Source: Chrysomallon squamiferum (Eukaryota; Animalia; Mollusca). From it: 64,000 bases of DNA. The notes beneath the pieces were generated by a model. The model was not told the DNA's origin. It made no database searches and saw nothing but the letters and a program-made list of their open reading frames with translations. Numbering within the stretch: the stretch's first letter is position 1; each line of letters opens with the position of its first letter. The stretch spans positions 17,236,001-17,300,000 of the forward strand of contig CM022671.1 in the NCBI GenBank assembly GCA_012295275.1. The letters are read 5' to 3'. Shown in pieces: positions 19,008 through 33,609 of the stretch. The translations under genes were made by a program, and so were the position numbers.

Positions 19008-20350
19008 AAAAAATAACAATATATGAATAAATAAACAGATAAATAATCAAAACTAATCAAATGACGTCTTTCTTTTTATCGCAGTTATGATTTGTTATAT
19101 TCGTTCTGCATTCCTCTACACGAAATGACGTCACTGGTATCATAAACAATCGGAAAACGTTAGTTACTTGTATTTCAACGTCATACTTTATTATGATAAC
19201 AGATTGGATGCCAGTTACTCGGAAGTTTACGAAATGTATTTCGATCTCTCGTGTTTGTTACCACCACAGCTACACTTTACACGTGACGATGTAAGAATCA
19301 CATTTCAACAACCATGTGCGTTTTCCTTCTGTGAGATCATTTCAACAACTAATATCACATTTTCGTTTTTATGTACAGTTAAACAATCTCACATTTTCAT
19401 ATTTACAGTTTAATCTATTTCTAATTACTATATACAGTTCAAACAATAACTATACTAGTTATGATAGCTGTATGGTAAGATATTACGTAATCAGTGTTCA
19501 TAATATTTCATGCTTCCGTATACTTAAAACGAATGATCTGGAAAAAAGTTATTGGAAGAAGCAAAAACAAACTTTTTTGTTGCCGTAAAACAGTTAAATT
19601 TGTTTTGTTTATAGATTTTTTTTTTTTTTTTTTTTTTAAATTTCTTATATCATGATTTTTTAAGCTCTATTTTTCTTGTTTTAGTTTAGTTCTGATACTG
19701 ATCCGATCCAGGCAAAATCAATTAATAAACATAAACATAACGGTAATCCACCTCCATTTTTACACTGTCTTTAAGAGTAGATCTTATGATTATATACTGC
19801 CATTCTGTTACTCTTAATAAAAGTTGTAAAATCAGATTACTACTATTTATATCCAGTCTTAGAGTCATAATTGTATTATGTTTGAAATCTAAATGCTGGA
19901 CAATAAAATAGAATAAAATACTTTGCGTTGTCGTTAATCATTAGCTATGTATTGATAACTGAATGTTATTTTTTAACCATATAAAATATATATATCTACT
20001 TCCATTACAATTGAGATATAAATAACTGTAACGGATATATATATATATATATATAGATGGATATATATTTTATATAGTTAAATATAAGCATTTGAAATCA
20101 CTATATATATGTGTGTGTGTGTGCGTGTGTGTGATTTCAAATGACTCAGTAATATTCAGTAAATTCAAAATATCTAAACAGTTATGTACAATGATAATTA
20201 TGGAAAATATTCACACTATATGAATTACACTAAAAATAAACTGATTGAAAGTTAATGGAATGTTCGTTGCTTTGTGTGAAAAATCTTCTCTTCTTTGGGC
20301 ATTTTTTTTTTTTAAATATTTAAATTTTTTTTTTTAATTTTTTATCAGTG

Positions 20351-21171
20351 TTAAACTTCTGTATTGTCCATGTCTTCTTTCGCTTTTTTCCCGTTCAGCC
20401 CCGACGAGCCGATCATGCTAGGTGGCATTCTCGTCTCCGACATGTTGGTTGCGTCGGCCACGGCGGCACTGGGACAGCACTTGTTTATGCACAACAGGTT
20501 GAGGAAGGCTCGGTGGAACTTCTTGTTGGTGAAGTAGTAGACGAGCCAGTTGAGAGACGGGTGCAGGTGAGCCCACACCACGATGCACAGGTGGAACTCG
20601 TGCGAGATCGAGTCGTCCGCGTCCACCACGATGATCAGCGCGTACGGTATCCAACAGACGGAGAAGACGATGTAGATGACGAAGAGAGTCTTGGCGAGGT
20701 GGAAACTGGGCGTCCTCGCGGGACCGCTCGCGTTCCCGTTCGCCGTCCGCGTCTGGTGCACTTTGGCGCGCACGGACCGCACGTGCAGGAACATCTTGAG
20801 GTACGAGGCGCCGGTGACCAAGATGGGCACCCACACCAACACGATGGAGAAGACGACGGTGTACGGGTACGTGGCCATGCGGTCCCAGATGCACTCCAGG
20901 CTCTTCTTGTCGAACGAATGGCTGCCAATGCTGCCCAGGTTGAGGAGGACGAGAACGAGGCCGATGCCGTAGAACGAGACGCACATGATGATGCTGTTTC
21001 TCACCGTGAACACCGTCTTGTAGTAGCGGTTGTGACAGATGAAGAAGAAGCGGTTGAAGCTCATGGCGGCGATGCTCATGAGAGAGCTGACGCACGAGAT
21101 TGTGCACATGCTGCCCACAGCTCTGCACAGGCCGGGGATCCTGTTGAAGAAATCTTCACCTTCCAGTTTCG
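20351..21171 (-). CDS. Melatonin-receptor-like class A GPCR, shared 3' coding exon (ECL1, TM3-TM7, C-tail; 272 aa plus split codon)
   Basis: Minus-strand acceptor TTTTCATTTTCATTTCCAG|CG (AG at 21173-21172). Reads (G)CG-KLEGEDFFNRIPGLCRAVGSMCTISCVSSLMSIAAMSFNRFFFICH...FDKKSLECIW...CWIPY...HPSLNWLVYYFTNKKFHRAF...NTEV* with TAA at 20353-20351. NRFxxICH at the end of TM3 resembles the NRYCYICH signature of melatonin receptors. TM3 and ECL2 cysteines, TM6 CWxP and an N-x-x-F helix-8 start are present. Strong GC3 codon bias. Confidence 0.93.
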
Positions 21172-21264
21172 CTGGAAATGAAAATGAAAATAAATTAGTT
21201 ATAGGGTGTCTAAATAAAAAATTATTTTAAAAGCTATCAGTTAAGACAGTGTTCTTGTTGTGGG

Positions 21265-21334
<70 letters not shown>

Positions 21335-22482
21335 CAATAATGATGATGATGATGATGATAACTCATAGATACACTGGTATCAAAAACTAAACCTTTATTA
21401 TTGCGTAATTACATTATTTTAAGGAAATGGTACCAGTTTATTGAAATAAACGCAGATATATTTTTTTTAACAAATCCATTAAATTCTTCATGAGAAAAAT
21501 TAAAATTAAGATTTGGAATAATCGAAGCAAATATTTTAATTTGTTGTGTTCTTAAATAAGCACACTTTTTAATGTACAGATCTCTCTTGCGATGAATCGT
21601 TTTATTACATTTTAATTGTGAACCTTTTCTTCCGTAAATATTTGTTATATCAAGATCTTAATCGAATCTAATTTTCCTTTCCTATAAAATGTTAAAGCCG
21701 CTTCTAAGACAACAGAAACCCCCGCCCAAAATAAAAAAAAAAAAAAAACACAAAAAACACACGAAAAAGCACAATAATAATAATAATAATCTGAATTATG
21801 TATATATGTGTATATATATATATTAATACCAAACAAAACCATAACTTCAACGATGAAATGTAATAATCAGAAATGTTTAAAAAAAAAAAAAATGAATTCC
21901 CTGATTTATAAAACCAATCACTTTGCGATCTAAATCTGCGACTATTAAAGGTCATCTTAGTTCTGTCGTTCTGTGAAACCTAATCTCTGTGATTAGTTCA
22001 TTTCACGTTAAAACCCCGAACGTTCAGCAACACTTACAATCAAGCAAAGCACTGGCCTTCAGGAAACCGCCGTTTTATTATTTATTTATTTATTTATTTT
22101 ATTTATTTCTAATGGAATCGTTGCATGTGTTGAAAGTCGATTAATTGGACCAGATTTTTATGTCTGAAAGAATGCACACTGGTGTAAAGTTGTAACACGT
22201 ACTGCCGATTTCCAAAATCTGTGTCACGGTGCAAATGATTTTTTTTTTTTTTTAATGTGAAATTATTTCGCATCTCTAAAGTGAAATAAAGAGCGACCAA
22301 AATTACTGAAAGAGCCCTAGTTCGTTTATGTCAACAGCAATCATACGTTGACAATTAACTTCCTTCAGAGTTAATGGAATTTGTGTGAGGAATATATTTA
22401 CAAATCGGAAGCCTTTGCACAAATGTTTGTATATAACAATTGTTTATTTGCTGAATGCTTTCAGATATGTCCTTGAGTCAAA

Positions 22483-22522
<40 letters not shown>

Positions 22523-24332
22523 TTATTTCTAACTTTAGTGCAAAGTGCAATTACAGAAAGATGACTCTATATTTATCGGTGTATAACACAGCCATATGTT
22601 CGTTTATTAATTTATCTGCTCCAGTTCCTGTATATATGCCTGCTAATAAATACACGTTTATTATGCAGTTCTAAACATTTGCCTGTAAGTCTGACTGTCT
22701 GTCCGTCTGATAGTTTTTGTCAAACGTAGCTAAAGATTTATAATTTGTTTTCAATTTTGTTATTTCTATTATGATTATCATTATTGCTGTTTTTGAATTG
22801 TCATTATTATTGTTATTGTTATGTTACCGTTGTTGTTGATATTCTTCTTCTTCTTCTTCTTCTTCTTATTATTATTATTATTATTATTGTAGTTGTTATC
22901 ATTGTTATTGTTACTGTTGTGGTTGATATTATAATAATAATAATTATTATTATTATTTTAACGGTACTGCTATTATTTAGTCTGATCATAAACACACATG
23001 CGACAAGAATCATGACAATACATTAATTAAATACTCAATTATTTGTTTCTGGTAAGCAACATTTTTTATATACTTAATTATGTTTGGAAACCTGTCATTC
23101 ACATTTTCAGTCTGACCTTTACATAAACAAATTTTGTCGCAAGTATTAGATAAAGAGAACTAAAAATTACTTAATAATCTGATGCCGTAGTTAATTTTAT
23201 GATCAAATGGAAGAAGATGATAATAGAGTACATTCTGCTTGCAGAAATGTGATTGAGTTCAATCGTTTAAAGGAAAAAAAAAAAAAAAAAAAAAAAAGGA
23301 TTTAACCATAATGAATCTCATTTGATTTATACAAATGTATACTAATTTAACACTAAGCGAAGGCGGTAGTAAAAAAAAAGTAAATAAACAAAATTAATTT
23401 ACAAATATACTGAATTCTCTTGTGATATTAGTCGCATTTTCTAAGCATCAACACTGAAGAAAAAACAAAAAAACCCAGTTTGTAAATGTTTACATAACAA
23501 AATAATTTGTAAAGATGACAAATACAACAATGACAAAAAATATTTTTCAGTTAATTTATTAATTACCTTATAAACAGACAAGTTATGATATTTGAGAAAA
23601 GTCTGTGAAAAGCATGAAAAGACGTCTACATACGAATTTCAGTGATATGATAGAGCCAGATCAACTAGGAAATACCACTATCATCAAAAATTAATATTAT
23701 TATTGTTGTTCTTGTTATTACTATTACTATTATTATTACTATTATTATTATTATTATTACTATTATTATTGTTGTTGTTGTTGTTATTACTATTACTATT
23801 ATTATTACCGTTATTATTATTATTGCTGTTGTTATTGTTATTACTATTACTACTACTGCTATTATTATTATTATTATTTTTATTATTATTATCATTATTA
23901 TTAATATTATTATTATCATCATCATCATCTTTATTTCTGGTCGTTGTTGTTGTAAGCCATATATACGCATACAAACAGTGACGAAATGGTAATTTCTGAG
24001 CTCGTCTAGGTAATTCTAGTCATGCCTGGCATTTGGTCAAAAGCCTTATAGGTAAATTGCTTCCGTGCATCGTCGATACTCGGAATGCAAAATGTTATTA
24101 AAAAATTCTCCATCGAGACTGAAGACAAAAGATTACAACGAGAAGCAAGCGCCTAGGAGGAATACTGATAAAGAAAATGAAAGAAGTCTTTTCGCTTGCA
24201 AAGCAAATCGCTTCTGGGACACGTTAATCTAGATGCGATGTAAGCAATTTATTTGTGTAGTTTGAAACCAGGTTAGTTCGATGATGACCAGTCAGTAACG
24301 TGAAAAGTAATAATGATGGAGAAAGTAAAATT

Positions 24333-24372
<40 letters not shown>

Positions 24373-24516
24373 TTGTTGTTTTTTTTTTTAGTTCTGTGTT
24401 TATTAATAATATCGTGTTGATCGTTCTGCGGTCTTTGTCATTAGTTTAAAGTTTAGCAGTGTTTATATTAAATTGTTTTATTTTTATTTTTTTTTTTTTA
24501 TTTTTTTTTTTTTTTT

Positions 24517-24547
<31 letters not shown>

Positions 24548-25468
24548 TTTATTTTTTTTTTTTTTTTTTTTTTTTTTATTTTTTTTTATTATTTTATAAT
24601 ACATTTTTTAATTATTTTATTTATTTATTTATTTGCTTGTTTGTTTGTTTATTCATTCATCCATTCATTCATTCATTTATTTATGAAATCTATGTAAAAA
24701 AAAAAAAAAAAAAAATGCTGTAGTTCCTATTATCTTTTCAATAAATTATTTTCATTTTCTTTTCATTGAAATGTTTATTTATTTCATAAAATACGTGCTA
24801 TAATTGTTATTCAAATCAAAGCAGGAAATGCCAGAAAAACCTGTAACATTAAATACACCATTAATAAACCTGGCCTGCAAAACCCTCAAGAATACTGTAA
24901 TGTTATTGCTACTTGCTCTGTCATTAACGCACGCTTCAGATCCATTTCAGGCCGGAGGAAAAAAAAAAAAACAAAAAAAAAAAGAATTAAATAAAATAAA
25001 TAAAAAGTCGTGACCGTCTAATTTTCCTTACATGCTGAGAACAATTCGCGAGTACAGAAAAGGAAAACGCATTGATATTATGCAGATTCTTGTAATCAGA
25101 AAAGTTATTCTTATCACAGACGAATGGCTGGTCTTAAATGGATAAAATTAATAAGTCTGTGCAGCATTCCTTCAGTTAACATACTTTGAGAGAGACAGAC
25201 AGCAAAAACAGACCTCATATTTGTTCTTAAACGCATATAATTAAGTACGGCTATGCAACATTTTTTCATTTTTACAATCTTTGAGAGACGCAAAGACACA
25301 GAACAAGAGAGAGAGAAAAAGAAAAGAAAAAGAAAAAGCGAGAAAGAGAGATAACATGAACAAGATAGATAGATAGATAGAGTTTGAGAAAAAGAGAGAA
25401 AGACAGAGAGAAAGACATAAAGAAAGAGAGAAAGAGAAAGCGAGAAAAAGAAAAAGAAAGCAACAGAG

Positions 25469-25550
<82 letters not shown>

Positions 25551-28228
25551 TTATCTTGGTTTTAATGAAAAACTAACAGCTTTCACCAAACATTCATTTA
25601 GCCAGAACAATACCTAATACTTTTTCTTTTATTTATTTTTCGCTCGGATACACGTATGAAAACAGCACACTGATACTGTTGCTGATAGTATAATCAGTGA
25701 TGTTGTTTTCGTTATTTTTCTTGCAGAAAGAACAACAGCACAAAAGACATCAGTCTGTATCAATCAACGAGTCTCTGTTGGGTTACTGGAGACTACTCAT
25801 TAACTGTAGACGTACTGGAACCGGCAGAAAATCTGCAATTAAATCTACAATGAATAACTTGTAATAAGAGTACGAAGGACCGATTTTCTAATCTCTCGTT
25901 ACATTATTATGACATGCAGGCACTGTATGGGGATCTGCGGTCACAATTTAATAATTTTAAACTATGCAAATCGTACGTTTCGGGAAACAAAACAACCAAA
26001 AAACTGGCATCGTATAACTCATGCAATTATTCCATTCACGCATGTCACGATGTAAAATTTGTGAATATTTATGATCACAATTGATTGTTGCAAGACGGTT
26101 GTTGTTTTTTTTATCAGAAAGTGGTCGGCTCAAATTACTCGAGCTTTGCTAATAAGCAGTGCTATAACGTGAGAAACAAGAACGTTTAAAATGTCTCCGT
26201 TCCATCGTATTCGTATAACTGTTCGTAACTGGAAGCTTTCTGTCACCTACTCAGTTACACGTGTGATGTACGTCTCTTTGTTAAATGACAGGTCGTTAGA
26301 CTTCAGCAGATAATTATTATATTTAAAATTCATAGATACATATAGCATGAATCTAAATATTTATTTGTTTTCTCGTAAACAATATATATGCGCACACACA
26401 CAATACATACATACATACATACATATATGTTTATATGTTTGTATGTATGAATGTGTGTATATGTATGGATGTATATGTCTGTGTTTGTGTGTGTAAAAAT
26501 TATAAATAAATTAAATAAATAAATATATTCATAAATAAATAAAATTAAATAAATAAATAATATTCATATATTCATATGTACATACATACATAAATACATA
26601 TTATACACACACGCACACACACACACACACACGCACACACATAAGTAATACATACATACATACGTCCATATTAAAAATGTCTTTTTAAAGCCGATATTAT
26701 TTCTTTATCAAATAATTTGTTCTAGAGTTTTCAATGTGATTTGAGAAAAGACCATTTTTATTTATTATTTTTATTTTTATTTGCAGGAATTTACTCTGCA
26801 TTGTGAGCACTGGATCAAATCTAGTCAGTACGGCCATTCCGTTACTGTGCTTGCAAAAAATATATATATGCATTTCCTACCCATGCGAGGGTTTATATAG
26901 AAGATTATATTTTGCTTCACAGATACAAAAGTAGTTAATGGAATGGCAGAAAAGATGTTTTATCTCTAATGTCGTCATTACTGAACAAAGATTATCGATA
27001 ATCGGTCACATTTGTCAGAAAAAGTCACAATTTATTGTAAGAATAAAACATCATAGGAAATAATGTTACAATTTTCATAATTATAATAATATATGTGAGC
27101 TTGCATATGAAAAGTTTTTTCAGATCGTTTTCTGTTATCTGTCCCTAATTGACCTTGGTCAGGTAGCTTTTCTTACATTTATTTTAATACAACTTATATA
27201 CATAGATATGCATAAAAGTACATTCCTACGTATATAAACACTAAACGCATACATACACACATACATACATGCATAAAAACAAAGATACATACACATATAT
27301 GCAAAACATACATATCTAAGGGAGTAAACAGTCATTCATTTACTCATTTATTGAGAATGATATTTATAAAATACAAAATATACATAATACGACCATAGTA
27401 TGTCATAGGAGTCATCTATATATATATATTAGAAAACAAAACATAAAAAACCTTTTATTAGATAATGAAGAATTCCTAACCGATTGTTGTGATGAATTCT
27501 CTGTTGTATTGTGAGTCTCTAAATTTGTTCTGCCTTTCAGAAATATCCAGCTGTTCTAATGGAGAAGTAAATTAGAAAAAAATAAATACGATACGCTTGC
27601 TTGTCATTTATTAACACAGTTTGGAAAAAGTACGGCCTTTTTAGTTTAATGCAAATTGTAAACTCTAAATTTAGAAAAGGTAAATCAGACCCTGACGTAA
27701 ATGTGATATTTAACCTTATAACAGTGCATAAAGAACTTTCAATCGCTGAACTATTCACTAAAGATTTTTGAATGATCGTTTTGAGCATATTTCTGCAACG
27801 TAAATTACCAGCACAGAGGTTTTTGTATGCCTTAGGATTTGTTCTTCTCAGTACCTCATCTAAGAGTCTCCAGTTCCAGCCAGTGCTCTACATTTTACTT
27901 TCCAGATGATGTTGTATTTATTTTCCTATTTATGATAAAGTGCAGAGAAAACATTGCTTACTGCTAATCGTAAAATACGTAGACTAACACCTAGTACTTT
28001 TCTCTCTCTTGTTAGCAATGTAACTATGCCTGATCCATGTAACTGATGTTTTTTTAAAATGTGTAGTTAAATGTAATATTTCAACAGAAAATATGCATTC
28101 TGTCCAATTCACCTTACTGCCTCAATTGGCCTATTTCCAGTTCCAGCTAGGTCCCTGTGGGACGTGTGTGATGGATTGTGTGTATAAATAATAATCTGTT
28201 GTCAATGATTTGCTCGTTATCCAACTAA

Positions 28229-28293
<65 letters not shown>

Positions 28294-28619
28294 TCTCTTT
28301 TTGTTAAATGTGTTTCTTATGTTAACTTCAAAAGGGACAATTATTTGCTTTCTCTCGAAAAAGAAAATTTCAACTTTACTCAATCGTAGCGAACCAGAAA
28401 GCGTTACAAAACTCTGCCAAACAGCATTGTGTTACTGTTATTTGTTCCGTCCCTGCTGGTTTAAACATCATTTTACGCTTGCGGGAAAAAGATAAAGAAA
28501 ACAAAAAGGTTTTAATGGTACATATTAAGAACAGTTCAATACTCGTTGGAAACGTCTGTCATTGAAAATTGAAAATCAATGTGTGAGATCAATAAAGTAA
28601 CTAACTTTTTGATCAGGTC

Positions 28620-28654
<35 letters not shown>

Positions 28655-29192
28655 GCTTTTATTTGCTTTCACAGTTATAACAAATGTTTATAACACTGCC
28701 AGTATTGAAAATAATACCGTCACTTTATTAAAGGATCTCTTCGTGTATTTTTTTTACAAAATAGAATTATCAATATTGCTGTCATTCCTATTCCACCACC
28801 ATTTATAAATTATGGCAGGCGTATAGTGGAAGTGACAACAGTGATTATGATAATAGTTGTGAATGAACACAATCATGGGTGAATAAACTGTATAATGACA
28901 CTTTGAGCATATTTTATATTGACAGTTATTCAAGGCCAGCCGTGCACTTATTAACGTAAGATATGACGTAATGAGGGTGAACTGTGATAACGTCAAAAAA
29001 GGGGCTACTCTTGTCATGGCCTTTGGTAAAAATGTCATTGGTTAGAATGGAAAATAACTGAGAGAGCACTCTACTGAGAACTGATCGTGGTATTCTTTAG
29101 TATTAAAGGTCTGTGAACTAATCACAGGATTAAATATATCTTGATAATAATGTGAATCAGTGTAACATACAATTCTAATCGTTTATATATAT

Positions 29193-29250
<58 letters not shown>

Positions 29251-29951
29251 TACACATACAAATACCTAGTTATTATAATTCATCTGTTACCGTCTGCATT
29301 TAAATTAAAGAAACCATTTAACAGAACACGTTCAAAACGTTTTTACGATAAAAGTCTTCTTAAAAGCAAAAATCATTATATAAAAAAACAATTAGAACTC
29401 TCAAACAGGAAGCATTTATACACGATAATAATCAATGTTTTCAAAACGATCGTTTGTAGTACATAATTACAATAACATTCGTTTCGTCACAAAACCGGTT
29501 TTTTTTTTTTTTTTTTTTGGCTGTATAAATTAAGAATACTTTCTTTCATTCACACTATAAATAGTAGAGTAAAAACTGTATTGTGATACAGCAATAGAGC
29601 AAACAGTTCGATAATTCGATATCAACACTGTGAAATATATTTAGTCGGTCCTCAGAGTGTAAAAAATATCGAATAACTGTTGAAAGTACCAATTACTGAA
29701 GTAATTTATGTTATTTGGACTGAAATAACCTTTTTATCATATAATAATTTTTATTATTTATTTTGGAAGCAAGTAAATTATTTAAATATTTGATTTGCAC
29801 TTTAGTATTAGTGTGGAAAAACAAAAAACAATAATTGAAAAAAAAGAAAAGAAAAAAAGAACTTTTGAATTTAGTGTTTGGTTCTGTCTTATATCTCACT
29901 GTTAGTAATATTTTACCTATTTTACTGTTCAAAAAAAAAAAAAAAAAAAAA

Positions 29952-30011
<60 letters not shown>

Positions 30012-32255
30012 AATAAATAAATAAATAAAAATATTAATAACAAAAATAAATCTAAAAAAATCAAAAATGCAAAAAAACAACAAAAAAAAACGCTGAAATT
30101 TCGTTTCAATAACGTAACAAAAGAATGATCAATACCAATAAAACTCCGGTTAAACCCTCCACAGCAATTCTCGTAGATATGAGATCGCGTCTGGCTACCG
30201 GCTTTAACTACAGTTAACACTGGAGATGTGAAATCATTTTATATAATATTATTTTTCATCTAACAAAACTCCAACATGTAAATTGTCTTTTAGAGCAAAT
30301 ACTTAAAGCTTCCAGTTTATATATTTTATCGAATTTGGTGTTTCGCGCAAATATTCGATATTTTTTAAAATACAAATTTCACAATGAAATTACTGATTTT
30401 ATTGTATTATTGATGATGAAAAAAAAAAAAAATTAATAATAATACGAACTAAAATTTAAAAAATTAAATAATGGAGATATATTTTCATTATCAGTTAATT
30501 TTAATAAACTCAATTTAGGAATCAAACACTTTCAAAAAGAAGAAGAAAAAAATGCAACAACAATAACATTCGTGAAAAAAAAAAAAGATATTAATAACAA
30601 AAATAAAATACAATTAAATAAAAAAATATCGTCAATTTGTTCCGGAAATATGAGATCGTTATAATGGGTATTCGAGTGGAACTTCACAAGAAAACTGCTG
30701 ATTATTTTCAGTTATGTGGGATGCAATTAGCTTCCCTCCCACCTGCTACGAATACTTGAGTTGTGTTACTCACACAGAATAGTCTAAACTTTTAATTTTT
30801 GAAATACAATTGAAAAACGCTATTTTACAAAGCTTGAGAAATGATGGTTTAAGAACGTTCCAGCATGTTTTTAGCATTCATGTTGTGGGCTCTAACGACG
30901 ATATTTTCATCACGTTAGTGTTTATGTATAGGTGTCAGTGTTTGTTTGTGGTTTATCTCAGTTTGTTTAATATGCTGATCTGAATAGCAACATTTGACAT
31001 AGCTTACTAAACCAATGTTCTTTGGCCTTTACACTTTTGTATCAAAAAAAAAAAAAAAAAAAAACATTATTGTTTCAATATAATTATTTCAAAGAGGATT
31101 CACAGAAATCTACAGTCATATGGAGCCTTGGTTGGGGAGAACATTATTAAGTTTTGCTGATTGTATTTTAGTTATTTAAGTTTCTCATCTTTATTTATAT
31201 AGTATTTTTGGTCGTAGCGTAGTCATTCATAAGTACATCTAGGGTAATGAAATATATAAAAAAATTAAACGTTTAATCACTTTTCAACTATCATGTGAAT
31301 GTAGTTGTTTAAGGTATTTAAAATTTATATTCAGATATTATGATTATTACAATTATTATTATCATCATCATCATCATTGTTATTGTTGCTGTAGTTATTA
31401 TTTTTTGATATCTATATATCATTTGTTTGTGTCTATTTGCCATTTTTCAAGGCCAGTGACTGAAAAACCAGAGAGAACGACAGTGACGTTTCCTGAATCA
31501 AAATTTCCCCATTGTCAGTCTCGGGAGCATCAATTAAATATAATCAATTCCCCGACGTTCACTTCAGAGCTGCACACGTTTGTGACATGCCACATCACTT
31601 AGTGCGGCGTCGGCACACTTCGTCATCAGACAAATATCAGGAAATCCATTTCCTTTCGTGTTTGCAAATAATTCGTTTTCTTCATTTCTCTGCTAGGATG
31701 ACACATGCAGCTGTAACAGAGCAACGTCAGCGAACACAGCACTTCACTTCATGTTAATCAGCAGAGCAGCGAATGAATGCATGAACGACACTTCACACAT
31801 TTTTATATTAACTGTATCAGACGTCATGCAGAAGTTGTTGCTGTCGTTGTTGATGTATGCGATTGTGATTAACGACGAAACCCGATATCTTTCATTATTA
31901 GCGGTATTTGACCAATTAACAGCAAGGGAATTTTTTTTTTTTTTTTATTGACCTTCACATAAACAGAAATGTATATATTATTATTTTGGTAAGCATGCTG
32001 CTTACGGTACCGTTTTCAGTATGAAAGTTCCATAGGGCGTAAAATCGATAGAAGAAGAGTTAAAATGAAAACAAAACTGTATATATATATGTATAAATTA
32101 TTCTTTTAATAAATTCAGATCGAAATAAATTTTGTAATGATCAACGTAGATAATTAAAATAATTTTGGTTGATTAAGGGAGGTTTATAGCTGTTTGTTGT
32201 TGTTTTTGTGCTTTTTTTCTGTTTGTTTTCTGAGGTTTCGATTTTTTAAAATTTC

Positions 32256-32298
<43 letters not shown>

Positions 32299-33565
32299 TA
32301 GGCGTTGTCTAATCTTAACGGATATGATTACTTCATGAAAGTTACACAAAAACCTGAAAGATGGATACAAGACTTTGTTCTGAAAATCGAGATCCACTAT
32401 TGTATAAAACAACCAACCACCTTTTAAACACACCACCCAGTGTTCTGAAACAGAGAGTTTCATCAGGTTAATTAACAAAAACTGCAATGGAAGGAACAAA
32501 ACCGCCGCACCTTTTATCACAATAAAGAAAATTAAAAAAACGCCTCTGGCGTCTTCCATTAACTCTAAACCCCATTAACGTGGAGTATGTAAACCCAGCC
32601 TCTGCTAAAGATCTTTTCCTGTCACCAGAGCCAAAACGAAGGTAAAAACTCAATAAAGAGAAGCTCACGGCAACTCCACTCTGGCAAGTTAACTCCAGAT
32701 CATCGAAAAGTGATCAATTTTCAACTGGTCAGTTCACGTTCTGATTATAACTGATTGGCAAAGGCCAGCTATTGTGTTGACCAGTTCACAGTACTCCACA
32801 GTGCATTAACTAATGGATGTTACGAAAAGCCTGATTGTTGACAAAGCTTTCTGTAAATCTCTGCCAATCCAATCATGTTGTGATAGAATATTTTTAACAT
32901 GACTAACTGATCAAGGGTTTAATCCGTGTATGCAGACTGTAGCATTTGTCAATTTTTTTTATTTTTTTTATTTTTTTAATGTGGACGAACAAATAAAAAA
33001 AAAATATACTAATAGGTTATCTGTTGGCGAAGCTTTATTGACAATATCTCCGAACCCGACCGTGTTTTGACTAACATTACAATATAGCTAATTTAATCTG
33101 CGTTGTAAACCCGTAGCATTTTTTATTCAAATGAAGATTAATAAATACGAAATTCCCACTAGTTTTCCTGCTTGATAAAGCTCTCTGATAATTATTTCTC
33201 CCGATGTCAGTAATGTCGTAACTTACAAAATGCTTCACAGACCAATGGCGTAATCTCTGAGTAACCTGTACTGTTTCCATTTAGCATTTGCTTATTTAAG
33301 TGTAGATTATTAAACACAAAAATACCAGTTGCCTGTCGCTTGATAAACGTGTTTGGTAATCTCCCCGAATAATGAGGTTGTGATTAACACCACAAGAAGC
33401 TTTACAAAGACAGGCGTTAATTTCTGTTTAAAAATGCATTTTCGTTTAGTATTTGCCTATTTCAAACTGAATTAATAAGTATTAAAAGTTAGTCTTCTTA
33501 GAAAACTTAATATATATATATATATAAATTACGTCTATCCTATAAAGAGACCGATTTTGTACTAC

Positions 33566-33609
<44 letters not shown>

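Noticed and set aside
20348-21181. 277-aa + strand ORF and other overlapping ORFs (20418-21128, 20635-20928, 20676-20972) over the GPCR exon
   Set aside because: Shadow ORFs expected from extreme GC3 bias. They coincide with the exon and resemble no protein family I recognise.
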